Positions 27,714 through 41,619 of a stretch of 64,000 bases of DNA are shown piece after piece (the first letter of the stretch is position 1; each line of letters starts with the position of its first letter). The stretch spans positions 1-64,000 of the forward strand of contig JBKAGE010000070.1 in NCBI GenBank assembly GCA_046290225.1, read 5' to 3'. A program made the position numbers and the translations under genes. The notes under the pieces are model-generated. The model did not search any database, was not told the DNA's origin, and worked only from the letters and a program-made list of their open reading frames with translations. Source of the DNA: Bradymonadia bacterium (GTDB lineage Bacteria; Myxococcota_A; Bradymonadia; UBA7976; UBA1532).

Positions 27714-28790
27714 ATGGACAGCACAGATTTGCTCACCGTACCCGTTGACCCCGCGCCGGCGTCGCCCTTTTTGTCGCCGCTCACGCGGGCGTTGCCGCTG
27801 GTCTGCGCCGCAGTGGGTGTGGCCGCGGTGTGGTTCGGGGTGCAGCTCGCCCCCGTCGACAGCCGACTCTCGGAGCTGGTGCTGCAGCGCGGGTGGATCC
27901 CGCCGCTGGTGCTTGGGCTGTTCTTCTGGGGGCTGGGCCATGCGCTGCGGCGGTGGTTGATTCAGCTCGGTGAGCATCGTGCTCTTGTCTACTGCAGAGA
28001 CCTCATCTCCACCGATCTGCAGCGTGGGCGCATCGACGCCATGCAGGGTGCGCTGCACCCGCTGAAGTCCAGCCTCGCGGCGCCGGTTCTCGGCGCCGTG
28101 CTCAGCTACTTTCGAGGCGCCCGGCCCGCTCGGGACGAGGTCCTTCGGGTGGCGGGCCAGGCCATGGATCGGGCCTATGACAGCGTCGAGTCCGATTACA
28201 AACCGCTCTCGGCGTGTATGTGGCTGCTGCCCCTCACCGGGTTTCTGGGCACCGTGGTGGGCATGGCTGCTGCCATCGGGGCCTTCGATGGCCTCGTGGG
28301 CAGTATGGATGCCTCGATGGGCCAGGGGCTCGCAGCCCTGACCCCCGCGGTCTCCGGGCTCTCCACCGCCTTCGACACCACCCTGCTCGCGTTGATCCTC
28401 GTGTTGCCGCTCAAGCTCGTGGAGGTCACCCTCGAGGGTCGGGATCGCAGGCTGCTCGACCGCATCGACGCCACAGTAGGCGCTGGGTGGATCAGGAGCC
28501 TCGACCTCGGCGGCCTCGCCCAACAGACCCCCGAAGAGGCCGCCCTCGACCGTGTGAACCAGAGCCTCGAGCGTATGGAGTCGAACTTGATGCAGATCGA
28601 CCGGGCCCTCGCTCGGGTCTCTGCCCGTCTCGCCAGCATGCCCGACGTGGGTCAGGGGGTAGATCTCGTGCTCCATGCCGCCCACACCACCCATCAGGTG
28701 TTGCCGGAGCTGGTCAAAGAGGTGAAGGCGCTCCGCGCTCAGGGTGATCAGCCCCTGGTCATCATGCGAGGCAACGGAGACAAATCGTGA
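27714..28790 (+). CDS. MotA/TolQ/ExbB proton-channel family protein
   Basis: LPLTGFLGTVVGM, GLSTAFDTTLLAL; GGGAGGGAG RBS before ATG 27714. Confidence 0.9.
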   Translation: MDSTDLLTVPVDPAPASPFLSPLTRALPLVCAAVGVAAVWFGVQLAPVDSRLSELVLQRGWIPPLVLGLFFWGLGHALRRWLIQLGEHRALVYCRDLISTDLQRGRIDAMQGALHPLKSSLAAPVLGAVLSYFRGARPARDEVLRVAGQAMDRAYDSVESDYKPLSACMWLLPLTGFLGTVVGMAAAIGAFDGLVGSMDASMGQGLAALTPAVSGLSTAFDTTLLALILVLPLKLVEVTLEGRDRRLLDRIDATVGAGWIRSLDLGGLAQQTPEEAALDRVNQSLERMESNLMQIDRALARVSARLASMPDVGQGVDLVLHAAHTTHQVLPELVKEVKALRAQGDQPLVIMRGNGDKS

Positions 28791-29920
28791 GGCGCCGCCG
28801 CAAAGGGCGATGGCAAGACGGCGAGAGCTTCGGGACCAGCCTCGCCGACATTTTGACCTCGGCCCTCGGGTGCGTGCTGTTGTTGTTCATGGTGGCGGTG
28901 ATGCATGTGCGCACATCGCTCGCTGATGCTCAGGCGAAGACCCTGCAGGCCATCGAAGATCTCGCCGCCCGAGAGCAAGCTCGCAAGGAAGCTGATCAAC
29001 TCCGGGCCCTGGAAGCCTCGGAGCGTGCAGCAGCTGAGCGCCGCCTCGCCATGGAGGCCCTCGCTCGGGACGAAGCCATCGGCGCCCTGACCACCGCCGA
29101 GGAGAAGATCCTGGCGCTGCAGGCCCGGGTGAACGCAGCAGAAGCCGCAGCCGCCGCAGCCCTCGAAGCCCAACAGGCCGCCGAGCGTGACCGCATCCAG
29201 ATCCGCACCGCGGCGAGCACCACCCTCGCCGAGCTCGACCCTCGCACCGCCCGACCTGTGGATGTGATGCTGGTCATCGACGGCACGCGCTCGATGGACG
29301 AGAGCCTCGACGCCACTCGCCAGAACCTCAACAGCACCCTCAAGGCGTTGCGGGTGGTGAGCCCCACGGCCCGGGTGGGCGTGGTGGTGTTTCGCGACAA
29401 ACGGGAGCGCGCCGACCTGCGTCTGCAGCGGCACCCGCTCACCGCCGACGCCGCATCGCTCAGGAGCTTCCTCGAGGGCATCGAGGCCACCAGCACCGGC
29501 CGGGATCGAGACATGCCCGAGTGGTTGTGTGGTGGCATCGCTGATGCCGCCGGAGCCAAATGGCGTGACGAGGCCATCAAGCTGATGATCGTGGTCTCTG
29601 ATGCAGGGGCGCAGTCGCCGAAGGCCAAAGCGTGCATCAAGTCAGTCCAGAGCTTCCGAGCCGAGGGTGGTCAGGTGCACATGTTGTCGATGCGACCCCC
29701 GGGCTACGAAGACAGCACAGCCGTTCAGGGCCTCTATGAGGGGCGAGTGATCCCCGAGCACTCGGCCATCGCTGCCGCCGGCGGAGGGCTGCACATTCGC
29801 GATGCTCAGTCAGATGCGCTGCTCACCGAAGTGCTTCAGGCCGCCTTCCGCAGCCGCACCCGGGCCCCCATCGATCGCCTCCGCAAAGCGCTGGAAGATG
29901 CTCAGGACACGACGCCTTAG
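28787..29920 (+). CDS. Single-pass MotB/ExbD-like membrane protein with a coiled coil and a C-terminal vWA domain
   Basis: Basic N-terminus, TM segment with Asp (FGTSLADILTSALG), Ala/Glu coiled coil, MIDAS-like DVMLVIDGTRSM, RVGVVVFRD, IVVSDA. GTGA overlap with the exbB-like gene. Confidence 0.88.
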   Translation: MRRRRKGRWQDGESFGTSLADILTSALGCVLLLFMVAVMHVRTSLADAQAKTLQAIEDLAAREQARKEADQLRALEASERAAAERRLAMEALARDEAIGALTTAEEKILALQARVNAAEAAAAAALEAQQAAERDRIQIRTAASTTLAELDPRTARPVDVMLVIDGTRSMDESLDATRQNLNSTLKALRVVSPTARVGVVVFRDKRERADLRLQRHPLTADAASLRSFLEGIEATSTGRDRDMPEWLCGGIADAAGAKWRDEAIKLMIVVSDAGAQSPKAKACIKSVQSFRAEGGQVHMLSMRPPGYEDSTAVQGLYEGRVIPEHSAIAAAGGGLHIRDAQSDALLTEVLQAAFRSRTRAPIDRLRKALEDAQDTTP

Positions 29921-30014
29921 AGAAGGCCCCCTACCTACCCCTCACAGAGTCATCCACCTCAATCCGGCTCAGCGCAAATTGAGTCAGCGTCAAGCAGGAA
30001 AAACCTTACCCCAC

Positions 30015-30043
30015 CTAAAGATGCGAACATTCACCTCCGATGA
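30015..30043 (+). promoter_or_regulatory. Putative sigma28 (FliA)-type promoter
   Basis: CTAAAG, with TAAA-N16-TCCGATGA, upstream of the operon ending in an MCP gene. Confidence 0.5.
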
Positions 30044-30087
30044 TTGTTGCACACGAGCAACATTCTCATGGAGAGGGAGGTCCGCTG

Positions 30088-31356
30088 ATGCACAAGGGCA
30101 GCATCACATTGGGGCGCTGTACGCTCTTGGCGCTGACGCTGTGCGCTTTCGAAGCGCAGGCTCAGGAAGAAGCTGACGAGTCACAGGTCGTGCGCATCTA
30201 TGGTTTCATCGACTCGTACTTCGAGAAGGTGGCCCAGACGCCAGCGAGCATCGACGCCAACGGCGACACGGTGTACGAGGACAACCCATATGAGTTCGAC
30301 GTCCCGAATCTGCACTTGATGGTTCAGGGTGTCATCGGTGGCAAGTACCGATACTTCCTCAACCTCGCGGCGCCAGGCTCTGGCGGCATCGGCGGTGACG
30401 AAGGCCTCGCGGTCCGCAACGCCTGGGTGGAGGCCCCCATCGCCGGGAACGCGCTTCAGGTGCGCTGGGGCAAGACCTACCGGAGATTCGGACTCTACAA
30501 CGAGATCCTCGACGCGGTGCCCACCTTCATCGGCATCGAGGCCCCCGAGCTCCTCGACAAGGATCACCTCATCGTGACCCGCACCACCAACCTGATGGTG
30601 CATGGCAGCATCCCCTTCGGCGACAACGCAGTGCAGTACGCGCTCATGACGGGGAACGACGAGCGCACCGACGGTGCCTTCCCTCTTGGGGGCGATCTGC
30701 GCTTCAAGATCGGCAGCGGCATCCAGTTCGGTACCAGCGTCTACAGCTCAGGTGGCAAAGCCTCCCCGACTCGAGGGGTCGGCGACGGCTCACCACGCGG
30801 CGGGGTGCTCAACTGGATGACAGAGGACGAGTACCTCGTCTTCGGTGGATACGCAGAGCTCAAACAGGATGGCCTGATTCTGCAGGCGGCCTTCTGGCAG
30901 GCCAGCCACGAAGGCACCCGTGATCCGAGCTCAGTGTTGTCCCTGATCGACGCCGGGCTCAACGAGCGCCAGCTCGCTCGCTTCGGCCTCAACGGGCCAA
31001 ACCCCACCGAGGCCGACGTCGTCACCGAGGCCAATTATGACATCATCACGTACTACGTCCGGGCTGGTTACGCGATGGAGACCAGCGTAGGTGAGTTCAC
31101 CCCCTACCTGCAGTGGGACCACTACGAGAACCCTGAGACCATCGCCTCCAAGTCTTTTGGCGGCGACGGAGAGGCTGGCCTCACTGACGATGGTGCCTTC
31201 GACAAGGCCACCATCGGCACCATCTGGCGCCCGATCTCGCCGGTGGCGCTCAAGCTCGATGGCAGCGCCCATATTCAAGACTTCAACGGTAAGCAGGAGA
31301 TCTACCCCGAGGTCCGGCTTTCCTTCTCCTACTTCTGGCAACTGGAGGAGCTGTGA
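30088..31356 (+). CDS. Outer-membrane beta-barrel (porin-like) protein
   Basis: Signal peptide (AQA), amphipathic strands, NAWVE...LQVRWGK....FGLYNE motif, C-terminal LSFSYFW. Confidence 0.8.
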   Translation: MHKGSITLGRCTLLALTLCAFEAQAQEEADESQVVRIYGFIDSYFEKVAQTPASIDANGDTVYEDNPYEFDVPNLHLMVQGVIGGKYRYFLNLAAPGSGGIGGDEGLAVRNAWVEAPIAGNALQVRWGKTYRRFGLYNEILDAVPTFIGIEAPELLDKDHLIVTRTTNLMVHGSIPFGDNAVQYALMTGNDERTDGAFPLGGDLRFKIGSGIQFGTSVYSSGGKASPTRGVGDGSPRGGVLNWMTEDEYLVFGGYAELKQDGLILQAAFWQASHEGTRDPSSVLSLIDAGLNERQLARFGLNGPNPTEADVVTEANYDIITYYVRAGYAMETSVGEFTPYLQWDHYENPETIASKSFGGDGEAGLTDDGAFDKATIGTIWRPISPVALKLDGSAHIQDFNGKQEIYPEVRLSFSYFWQLEEL

Positions 31357-31829
31357 TGAAGACGCACAATCCGCTTCGTCGTGTCTCTCTGACGTGCGCG
31401 CTGTGGCTGCTGGCCATGGGCGCTGCCTTCGTGGCCACCGCGAGCCCCGCCCTCAGCCAGGAGCTGGTCGCCGTGGTGCACGAAAGCAACCCCGCGAGCA
31501 GTCTGTCCACGGACGACGTCAAGCGCTTCTACCTCGGCCAGACCACTAACTGGTCATCTGGCGGCATCGTCGCCCTGGTTGTGCAGCCCCCGAGCAGCGC
31601 TTCGTCGAAGGCGCTGTTCAAGCGCTTGTTGAAGATGGCCCCCAGCCGCTTCAAGCACATGTGGCAGGAGAAGGCCCTCTCGGGTCAGGGCGTGGCGCCC
31701 AAGAAGGTGGGTGGCTCAGCCAGCGCACTGATCTCCAAGGTCTCGGAGAAGCCCAAAGCCCTCGGCGTGTTGCTCAAGTCCGAGGTGCCCGCCGAGGCAT
31801 CTGGCGTAAAGTTCATCCCCATTCAGTAA
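31353..31829 (+). CDS. Small periplasmic PBP-like (PstS-related) protein
   Basis: Signal peptide; LVAVVH.SNP..SLS..DVKR.YLG....W; V...P.ALG. Confidence 0.85.
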   Translation: MMKTHNPLRRVSLTCALWLLAMGAAFVATASPALSQELVAVVHESNPASSLSTDDVKRFYLGQTTNWSSGGIVALVVQPPSSASSKALFKRLLKMAPSRFKHMWQEKALSGQGVAPKKVGGSASALISKVSEKPKALGVLLKSEVPAEASGVKFIPIQ

Positions 31830-31839
31830 GGGCAGTGTC

Positions 31840-33459
31840 ATGGCGACCCCTTTGAGCAAGCTCACGATCCGTGGGCGCATCTTCGCCCTATGCGCCGCCA
31901 TCGTCACGGCCATGGTGGCGTTCCAGGTGGTGTGGTTCCCCGCACGGGAGATCAACACGCTTTCTGAGGCCTTGGGCCAGAAAGCCCGCTCGCTGTCGTT
32001 GGTGCTCTCGCACAGCGTAGGCGAGGCCCTCGAGTATGAAGACAAGGACCTCATGAAGCGGTTCTTCGAGGGCGCCAAGGCTGATCCGGACTTCGCGGGG
32101 ATCGCTGTCACCACAGCAGAGGGCAAGGCCTTTCTGCTCGAGGGTGAAGAGGCGATCACCACTCAGCTCTCCGGCCTCGACGCCGAGAGGCTCACCACCG
32201 AGCAGCTCGCCATGGCCCGCGCGCCCATCGAGAGAGAGGGCAAAGCCATCGGCTATCTCTCGGTGGCGCTGTCAACCATGAACGCTCAGACGAGCGCCAG
32301 CGCTGCACGACAAGAGGTGCTGTTGCTCGGCCTCGGCATCCTGGCGCCTACGTTGCTTTTGGGCTTCCTCCTCGCCCGCTCCTCCACTCGGCCCTTCATG
32401 GCCAAGCTCGAAGAGCTGAGCGAGGTCGCCCAGGCTATCGCTGACGGTGACATCAACCGCTCGGTGAGAGAAGAAGGGAGCGCTGAGCTGGTGCGGATGA
32501 GCGAGGCCATGAATCAGGCCAACGCCGCCATCCGTGCTGCGATCGGCGCTCAGGTAGAGGCGGAGCAAAAGCGGGCCCTCTCGGCTCAGCAAGAGGCCCG
32601 CCGCAACGCCTTGCTCACCATGGCCGACGATCTGGAGTCCAAGGTCAGGGGGGTCGTGCAATCGATGGATCAGATGATCGCCTCGCTCTCTGCGCAGGCC
32701 ACCGAGATGAACGCAGTGGCCGCTCAGACGAGCGCCCACTCCCGTGAGGCCTCCGAGCACGCCGAGCGGATGTCGAGCAACGTGAACGTCGTCTCGGACA
32801 AGGCCCGAGATCTCGACGCCGCCAGCAACGAGATCGGACAGCAGGTGCAACTCTCGACGCAGAGCACATCTGAAGCCGCGGATGTGGCCATCTCGACCCA
32901 AAGCGTGGTGGAGCAGCTCTCCAGAGACACTGAGCAAATCAACGAGGTCTTGTCCCTGATCAACGAGATCGCTGAGCAGACCAACTTGTTGGCGCTCAAC
33001 GCCACCATTGAGGCCGCTCGGGCCGGCGACGCCGGTAAGGGCTTCGCCGTGGTGGCCGATGAGGTCAAAAACCTCGCCACCAAGACCCAACAGGCCACCG
33101 AACAGATCACCGCGCGCATCACCAACGCCCGCAAAGCCACCGAGCAGACGGTGGCGTCGATCCATCAGATCCACTCCACCATCAACGCGGTGCAGGACAT
33201 CGCTCAGCTCATCGCCCAGCGGGTGGCCACGCAGATGGACACGCTCCACGAGGTGAATCACAGCGTCAGCTCGGCCAGCGCAGGCTCGAGTCAGGTGGGT
33301 CAGTACATGCAGACCCTCTCCCAGGGGGCCCTCGAGACTCAGCAAGCGGCTCAAGCCGTCGATGAGACCACCCACCACCTCTCGCGTATGTCGGCAGATC
33401 TTGACGCCACCCTCAGCGGCTTCCTCGGCGAGCTTCGCCAAGGGGCTGCTCAGGGCTGA
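31840..33459 (+). CDS. Methyl-accepting chemotaxis protein (2 TM, HAMP)
   Basis: [37 protein letters not shown]. Confidence 0.97.
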   Translation: MATPLSKLTIRGRIFALCAAIVTAMVAFQVVWFPAREINTLSEALGQKARSLSLVLSHSVGEALEYEDKDLMKRFFEGAKADPDFAGIAVTTAEGKAFLLEGEEAITTQLSGLDAERLTTEQLAMARAPIEREGKAIGYLSVALSTMNAQTSASAARQEVLLLGLGILAPTLLLGFLLARSSTRPFMAKLEELSEVAQAIADGDINRSVREEGSAELVRMSEAMNQANAAIRAAIGAQVEAEQKRALSAQQEARRNALLTMADDLESKVRGVVQSMDQMIASLSAQATEMNAVAAQTSAHSREASEHAERMSSNVNVVSDKARDLDAASNEIGQQVQLSTQSTSEAADVAISTQSVVEQLSRDTEQINEVLSLINEIAEQTNLLALNATIEAARAGDAGKGFAVVADEVKNLATKTQQATEQITARITNARKATEQTVASIHQIHSTINAVQDIAQLIAQRVATQMDTLHEVNHSVSSASAGSSQVGQYMQTLSQGALETQQAAQAVDETTHHLSRMSADLDATLSGFLGELRQGAAQG

Positions 33460-35954
33460 GGTTCACTCTGAAATGTGTTGAGCTTCAACACAAAGCGCAC
33501 ACGACGATTCTGATCTCGCGCCCTCTGTAGCGCCTCGTCACTCAGCCCCTCGATGGCCACCCTCGGTCGGGTTTCTCCGTAGCCCACCGCCCTCACCCAA
33601 TCCGGTGAGATCCCCGATTCGATCAAGAGTCGGCGAACCGCGTTGGCCCGCGCCGTAGAGAGCTGCATGTTGAGGGCCTCGGTACCCACGTCGTCGGTGT
33701 GACCCTCAACAGTAATGCCGACGATTTGAGGGTTGCTCTGGATGATGGTCACCATCTCTTCGAGCACCGCCCTGGCATTGTCGGACGGCGTGACACTCTT
33801 GAAGGGGAACTCCACGGTGATGTTGATGTCGTTGCAGCCGTCCCACTGACGAATGCCCACGCTGTTGGGGCATCGATCCTCGTGGTCGAGCACGCCGTCG
33901 GCGTCATTGTCGGGCTCAGGGCAGCCATCTGTATCCTGATAGCCATCGTGATCCTCAGGCACCTTCGGACACTGATCTCCCTCGGTGATGCCATCTTCGT
34001 CTTCGTCGAGCACGACGGGTGGCGTGATCACCGGGGGGGCCTGCACGACTGGAGGAGGCTTCACGGGCAGTGTGTGATGCACGTCGAGCGCAGCCTCGAC
34101 CCCCCACGTTAAACGCAGCAACAGATCCACCTGAGTGATCTCGGCGGCGTAACGGGTCACCTTGGCCCCCACTTCCCACGAGAACCCGCTCGGGGTGATT
34201 TGACCCACGAGGCCCGCTCCACCATAGAGTCGCGGATCCTCGAAGTCATCGAGTGGGTACTCACCAAAGGCTTCGGCCCCCACTTGCCAGTCATGCTGCA
34301 GATGCCATGTGGCGCCGAGGCCGGTCTCCACGATGGCCTGAAGTGGCTGTGCCCGGTCGAGTTCATCCTCGATGTGCACTCCGAGGTTGGCCCTCACATC
34401 AGTCTGAGCGAGGTGGACCTCACCCACCCCAACAGTGCCCAGGCGCAAGCGCCCTGTAGAGACTGCGTCTGTGGTGCCCGTGGGCAACAAGATGGGGATC
34501 ACCAACCCCGCGCCGAACGGATGCTCTGCCCCATCGACGGCGAGGGCTTTCAGCCGCAAGGCGATGTCGCCTAGAGCGCTCTCGTCGCCGGAGGCGATGC
34601 CTCCAGCGCTCAAAGCGGACTGGCTCTGGGCCATCCCGTCGCCCCGCATACGCTGAGGCCGGACCACCGGGCCACGCAGCTCATCCTGCTCTGCGAAGAT
34701 CGACGGGATCTCCACCGACAGCTCGAGGTCGTCGAGGATGGCCACCGCCACGCCAACCCCCACCATCATGGCTTCCACCTCGTCAGAAGGATGTACTGCA
34801 GCCTGGCCCACCTCGAGGGTGAAGGTCAGATCGGCCTGCTCACCGATCTGGCCAGAGTCAACGCTATAGACCGCCTCAGGGCTCTGCACGGCTCGGCGTC
34901 GAAAAGCGAAGGGGCCCACGCCCGTGAAAGCCGGCGCCCTGAGCAAGAGGCGCCATCGAGCCGAGGGGCCACGGCCACCCCATGGCCCTGGCTCGAAGGC
35001 CTGACCGCCGCCTGCCCAGTCCACTGAAGCCATGCCGCGCCACGTAGGCGCACCGAGCCCTCGACTGATGGCTCGGCCACCGCCGAGGCGCACGCTCATA
35101 CCATTCTGGAAGGCATACTCCAATCCGCCGAGAGCCTCCGCAGGGCTCCCTCGGTCATCATCGGCCACCAGCGTCAAATCATCCGGATCACGGCTCTCCC
35201 CACTGGAGATCGAGCCAAAGGCCACGGCGAAGGCCCGGAGCCCTCTCCAGCCTAGAGGGGCCCTTGCGCCAAGGCGCCATCGCGTGGCGTCGTCGAGCAC
35301 GATGTTGTGCAGGCGCATGGGGTTTTGCAGCTGATGGCCCACAGATCCAGCCACCTGCCAGAGCCGCTTTCGCCAGCCCACGATGAGCTGAGGCTCCATG
35401 CGCAAACCGCCACCGCTGTTGAAGGTGGTGCCGTCTCCCGTGGCGAAGTAGAGCGGCGTGGCCACGGCGGCACTGAATCCAGCGACGGGGCGAAACAGCT
35501 GTACCTTGGGCACGATGCGAAAGTCGCCGGCCACCACCCCGTCGAAGTCGCTGGACTGCAGATTGAAAATGTCTGGCGCCGGGGCGCTTTGATGTACCAC
35601 CACGGGCAAGGCGAAGTTCAGGCTGGCCACCCCGAAGAGGCCCAAGGCCCCCACCACCTCGCAGCGACTCTGGCTCTCCAGCGCCTCAAGCTGCTCTCCC
35701 CCAGGGGGCACGAGGATGACCGGCTGATGCGTGTGATGACATACGAGTCCCGCAGCAGTGCTCAGATGCGCGCGCACCTCGGGCCCTGGCACGTTGACGA
35801 TGTTCACAGTGGGATCACCGAGGGGCTCGAAATGCTCCAGCTGAAACGACGGGCTGCGCGCCCCGACCCCTTGAGGGGGGTTTTGGGCATGCACCGCGCC
35901 GCCGAACACACCAGAGCAGAGCGCCAGGGCCATCCACGGCCCAGCCCACCTCAT
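33450..35954 (-). CDS. OmpA-family outer-membrane protein with TSP3 repeats (TraB-like architecture)
   Basis: Signal peptide, barrel-like strands with GD.R/GD.AL motifs, [25 protein letters not shown]....N..LS.ARA, GYGETRP, NRRV.F. ATGA overlap with the upstream gene. Confidence 0.92.
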   Translation of the reverse strand: MRWAGPWMALALCSGVFGGAVHAQNPPQGVGARSPSFQLEHFEPLGDPTVNIVNVPGPEVRAHLSTAAGLVCHHTHQPVILVPPGGEQLEALESQSRCEVVGALGLFGVASLNFALPVVVHQSAPAPDIFNLQSSDFDGVVAGDFRIVPKVQLFRPVAGFSAAVATPLYFATGDGTTFNSGGGLRMEPQLIVGWRKRLWQVAGSVGHQLQNPMRLHNIVLDDATRWRLGARAPLGWRGLRAFAVAFGSISSGESRDPDDLTLVADDDRGSPAEALGGLEYAFQNGMSVRLGGGRAISRGLGAPTWRGMASVDWAGGGQAFEPGPWGGRGPSARWRLLLRAPAFTGVGPFAFRRRAVQSPEAVYSVDSGQIGEQADLTFTLEVGQAAVHPSDEVEAMMVGVGVAVAILDDLELSVEIPSIFAEQDELRGPVVRPQRMRGDGMAQSQSALSAGGIASGDESALGDIALRLKALAVDGAEHPFGAGLVIPILLPTGTTDAVSTGRLRLGTVGVGEVHLAQTDVRANLGVHIEDELDRAQPLQAIVETGLGATWHLQHDWQVGAEAFGEYPLDDFEDPRLYGGAGLVGQITPSGFSWEVGAKVTRYAAEITQVDLLLRLTWGVEAALDVHHTLPVKPPPVVQAPPVITPPVVLDEDEDGITEGDQCPKVPEDHDGYQDTDGCPEPDNDADGVLDHEDRCPNSVGIRQWDGCNDINITVEFPFKSVTPSDNARAVLEEMVTIIQSNPQIVGITVEGHTDDVGTEALNMQLSTARANAVRRLLIESGISPDWVRAVGYGETRPRVAIEGLSDEALQRARDQNRRVRFVLKLNTFQSEPQP

Positions 35955-37675
35955 CGGCGTCGCCTGAGCACGGGCACCATCAGCAACAGCAGCCACCAGA
36001 AGGCGTGCTGCCCGCCCTGAGCGCAGCCGGCGCCTTGCAGCGCAAAGCCATTGTCAAAGCTCAAATCAGCATCGCAGACATCGCCATTGCCGTCTTCGTC
36101 ACCATCAAGCTGATCCGGGTTCGCGGCCCGGGGGCAGTTGTCATCGTCGTCGAGTACAGCGTCACCGTCTCGATCGGTGTCACAGATGTCACCGATGCCA
36201 TCACCGTCGAGATCTGCTTGCTCGGGGTTGGCCACCAGCGGGCAATTGTCGCGCTCTGCCAATACACCATCGCCGTCATCGTCGGGATCACACAGCGCCC
36301 CCTGATCGTCACCGTCGAGATTCAGCTGATCGGGATTGGCCACCTGTGGGCAGTTGTCGACAGCATCTGCCACGCCATCACCGTCGAAGTCTCCCTCACA
36401 GAGATCCCCCACCCCATCGCCATCCGTGTCGGTCTGATCGGGGTTGGCCACCTGCGGGCAGTTGTCGTCCGACTCGAAGCCATCACCGTCGACGTCGGCA
36501 TCACAGCCATCTCCCGTACCATCACCATCGAGATCGGGCTGCTCGGCATCGAAGAGGTCAGGGCACAGATCGACGACGTTGGCCACCCCATCACCGTCGC
36601 GATCGTCATCGCATGCGTCTCCCACGCCGTCCTCATCGCGATCGAGCTGAGTGGTGTTGGCCACGGCTGGGCAGTTGTCGGAGCGATCGACGACATCGTC
36701 GCCATCAATGTCAATGTCGCAGACATCACCCACTCCATCCTCGTCGGTGTCGACCTGATCGGCGTTGACATCGCTGGGGCAGTTGTCGTCGGTGTCGAGG
36801 ATGCCGTCTCCATCCAGGTCGGCCACCTCGCACAGATCACCGATGCCATCGCCGTCCTCGTCTGCCTGATCGATGTTCGCGGCTTCAGGGCAATTGTCGA
36901 TCTCTGCATGGATCCCATCACCGTCAGCGTCGAGCAGGCACTTTGGATTACACGTGGCCCACCCTGTCGCGAACTGGGCCATCCGCCAGATGCCGGGCAC
37001 CGAGATGTTCGACCCGAGGCAGAGCGCGCCGCCGACGAACGAATCGCCATCCCCAGAGCTGGGCAACACGGGGGCGAAGGGCACGCGGAGAATCCCCGCC
37101 TGGCCGTCCGAGATGAATTCGTCTTCCATGCCCGCGGACCAGTTGCACTCCGAGTATCGAAACTCGATTTGAAAGTCACCTGGGGTGGTCGCATCGAACT
37201 GACTGAACAGCGCCTGAAAGGTGTTGGCCGCGTCTGCGTTGCCAAAAGGGCGAATCCGATACCAGGTCAACACCAGCCAGCCATCTCCCGAGGCGATGTA
37301 CACCGCATTTTCATCATCAGGGATGCCATCACGGCGGCTGAGATCAGCGTCCGCCCAATAGGGCGCGACGAGCACTGGGCGATCTGCAGGCTGCACCATA
37401 TGAAGTGGCCCGGTGGGCGGCGGTGCGCCGATGCCCATCACACCATCAGCGCCCACCCACAAGTCGATGGTGCCACCAGGGGTCACGGCCCCCAGCGGGA
37501 ACACCGCAGCGGTGTCCACGAGGGCGACGTCGATGCCCGGCGCGAGCACCAGCTGTTCACCAAAATCAACGGGACCACCGAACCCTGTCAGCAGCGGCGC
37601 AGCCTGTGACGTGGTGCACAGCGCACACGCCCACATGACCGCGAGCACAGCGCACTCGAAGATACGAGACATCAT
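35951..37675 (-). CDS. Surface protein: nidogen (NIDO)-like domain, thrombospondin type 3 repeats, MYXO-CTERM
   Basis: VAPYWADAD, LVLTWY, NTFQA, DFQIEFRY..C.W; about nine DNCP..N.DQ.D.DGDG.GD.CD repeats; GAGC...WWLLLL...RRRR tail. Confidence 0.92.
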   Translation of the reverse strand: MMSRIFECAVLAVMWACALCTTSQAAPLLTGFGGPVDFGEQLVLAPGIDVALVDTAAVFPLGAVTPGGTIDLWVGADGVMGIGAPPPTGPLHMVQPADRPVLVAPYWADADLSRRDGIPDDENAVYIASGDGWLVLTWYRIRPFGNADAANTFQALFSQFDATTPGDFQIEFRYSECNWSAGMEDEFISDGQAGILRVPFAPVLPSSGDGDSFVGGALCLGSNISVPGIWRMAQFATGWATCNPKCLLDADGDGIHAEIDNCPEAANIDQADEDGDGIGDLCEVADLDGDGILDTDDNCPSDVNADQVDTDEDGVGDVCDIDIDGDDVVDRSDNCPAVANTTQLDRDEDGVGDACDDDRDGDGVANVVDLCPDLFDAEQPDLDGDGTGDGCDADVDGDGFESDDNCPQVANPDQTDTDGDGVGDLCEGDFDGDGVADAVDNCPQVANPDQLNLDGDDQGALCDPDDDGDGVLAERDNCPLVANPEQADLDGDGIGDICDTDRDGDAVLDDDDNCPRAANPDQLDGDEDGNGDVCDADLSFDNGFALQGAGCAQGGQHAFWWLLLLMVPVLRRRR

Positions 37676-37728
37676 CTCCCCTCCATCCCGCCAAGTCAGA
37701 CGACGCGCTCTCCTCAACGCGTCGACGC

Positions 37729-39062
37729 TCAGCTCAACAAGCCCGACAAAGGCCCGTTGCCGTGTTGGCCAAACCGTTCCACCGGATCACCCATCGCGTG
37801 ACACAGTGCTGCGAGCAGTTCGCCGTGGCCAGTATTCGGCGCATCGTGCAGGCGGCCTGTACGGATCGTCCCTGCACCGCCCCCAGCGAGCACGAAGGGC
37901 ATGTTGTCGTGCAGGTGGGTGTTGCCGTCACAGACTTCAGTGCACAACAGCACCAGGCTGTTGTCGAGCATGGTGCCGTCGCCTTCTGGACGCTCGGCGA
38001 GGCGGCGAAGCAACTCGGCATACTGCGAAACCCACCACACACGCTGAGCGAGATAGTCGCTGAACTCGCGGCGGCCGCGATCATGCCGCGGGCCATAATG
38101 ACTGGCCTGATGGCTGCGCATATCGAAGCCCGGATCATGGAACGGCGTACCTGGGAATCGACTCATGATGAGCTCGCTGGTGTGATGGCCACACTGCATC
38201 ACCCCCACCCGAGTGAGCCCGCACGCCATGGCCTGCACCATGACGTCCATCTGTAGATCGAGCACCTGGGGGAACACCTCAGGGGCATACAGTTCGCCGC
38301 CGAGGGCACCGATGCGAGGATCGTCACAGGTGGCATCGGGCATCATGGGGGCCGCCCCTTGCACCCTGCGCTCCACCTCTCTGAGCGACTCGAGGTGAAA
38401 CTCCAGGCGGGCGCGCTCGGCGCCGCTCACCTGACCCCGCATGCGGTCGAGGTCGGCCTTGACGCCGTCGAGCACGCTCTGGCGTCGGTCAGGCCCTCGA
38501 GGTTGCGGGCTGGGTTGCCCCACGACCTGCTCACCAGGGAACAAGCGCTCAAAGGCCCGGCGTGGATCATCCTCTGGCGGTGTCGTGCGCCCTGGCGCGG
38601 GGTAACTGATGTGCTTGTCACCAGAGGCGTTGTTGGCGTTGGCCTGCACGCCGAGATAGAGCAGCCGGTGGGGATCGTTCGCCCCCACAGTGCGGGCGAG
38701 GTGCTGGTCCACTGAGACGCCGTTGCCGTGGTCGACGGCGGTGAGCAGCTTCACCGCCCCTCCAGGGTGGCTGCCGCTGTCGGTGCCCCCCATGGTGAGG
38801 CCGTTGAAGAACACCGCCTGCTCTCGATACCCCGCCAGGGGCGCGAGCTGTTCACCGAGCCGGAAATCGAACTCACGGCCCTGAGCGTGCCACAGGCTGG
38901 CCTCGCCGTCCTGACTGGGGCCAGCGACCCCATCTGGGAAGTAGAACACGATGAGCCGGCGCGCGACCCTGCCTTGAGCGCTCGCCTCACCCGTGAGCAG
39001 CGGAGTGATGAAGGGCGCCAGGCCTGCGCCAGCGGCGAGCTTGAGGAAACTCCGTCGACGCA

Positions 39063-39063
<1 letters not shown>
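37729..39063 (-). CDS. DUF1552-family Tat-exported protein
   Basis: MRRRSFLK Tat motif; RLIVFYFPDG; SVDQ; P...FERLF; SVLD; MACGLTRV; EGDGTMLDNS; H...MP.VLAGG. Confidence 0.92.
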
Positions 39064-41531
<2,468 letters not shown>

Positions 41532-41619
41532 GGTCTTCGACCTTCCTCTGCCACCCTGTTGCCACACAGGTGTCACAAAACAACTTCCATCAGCACTGGA
41601 TCCACATATCATGTGGGCC

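Noticed and set aside
27714..29920. Zorya ZorAB defence system
   Set aside because: The B subunit has vWA rather than an OmpA-like domain, and no zorC/D/E genes are adjacent.
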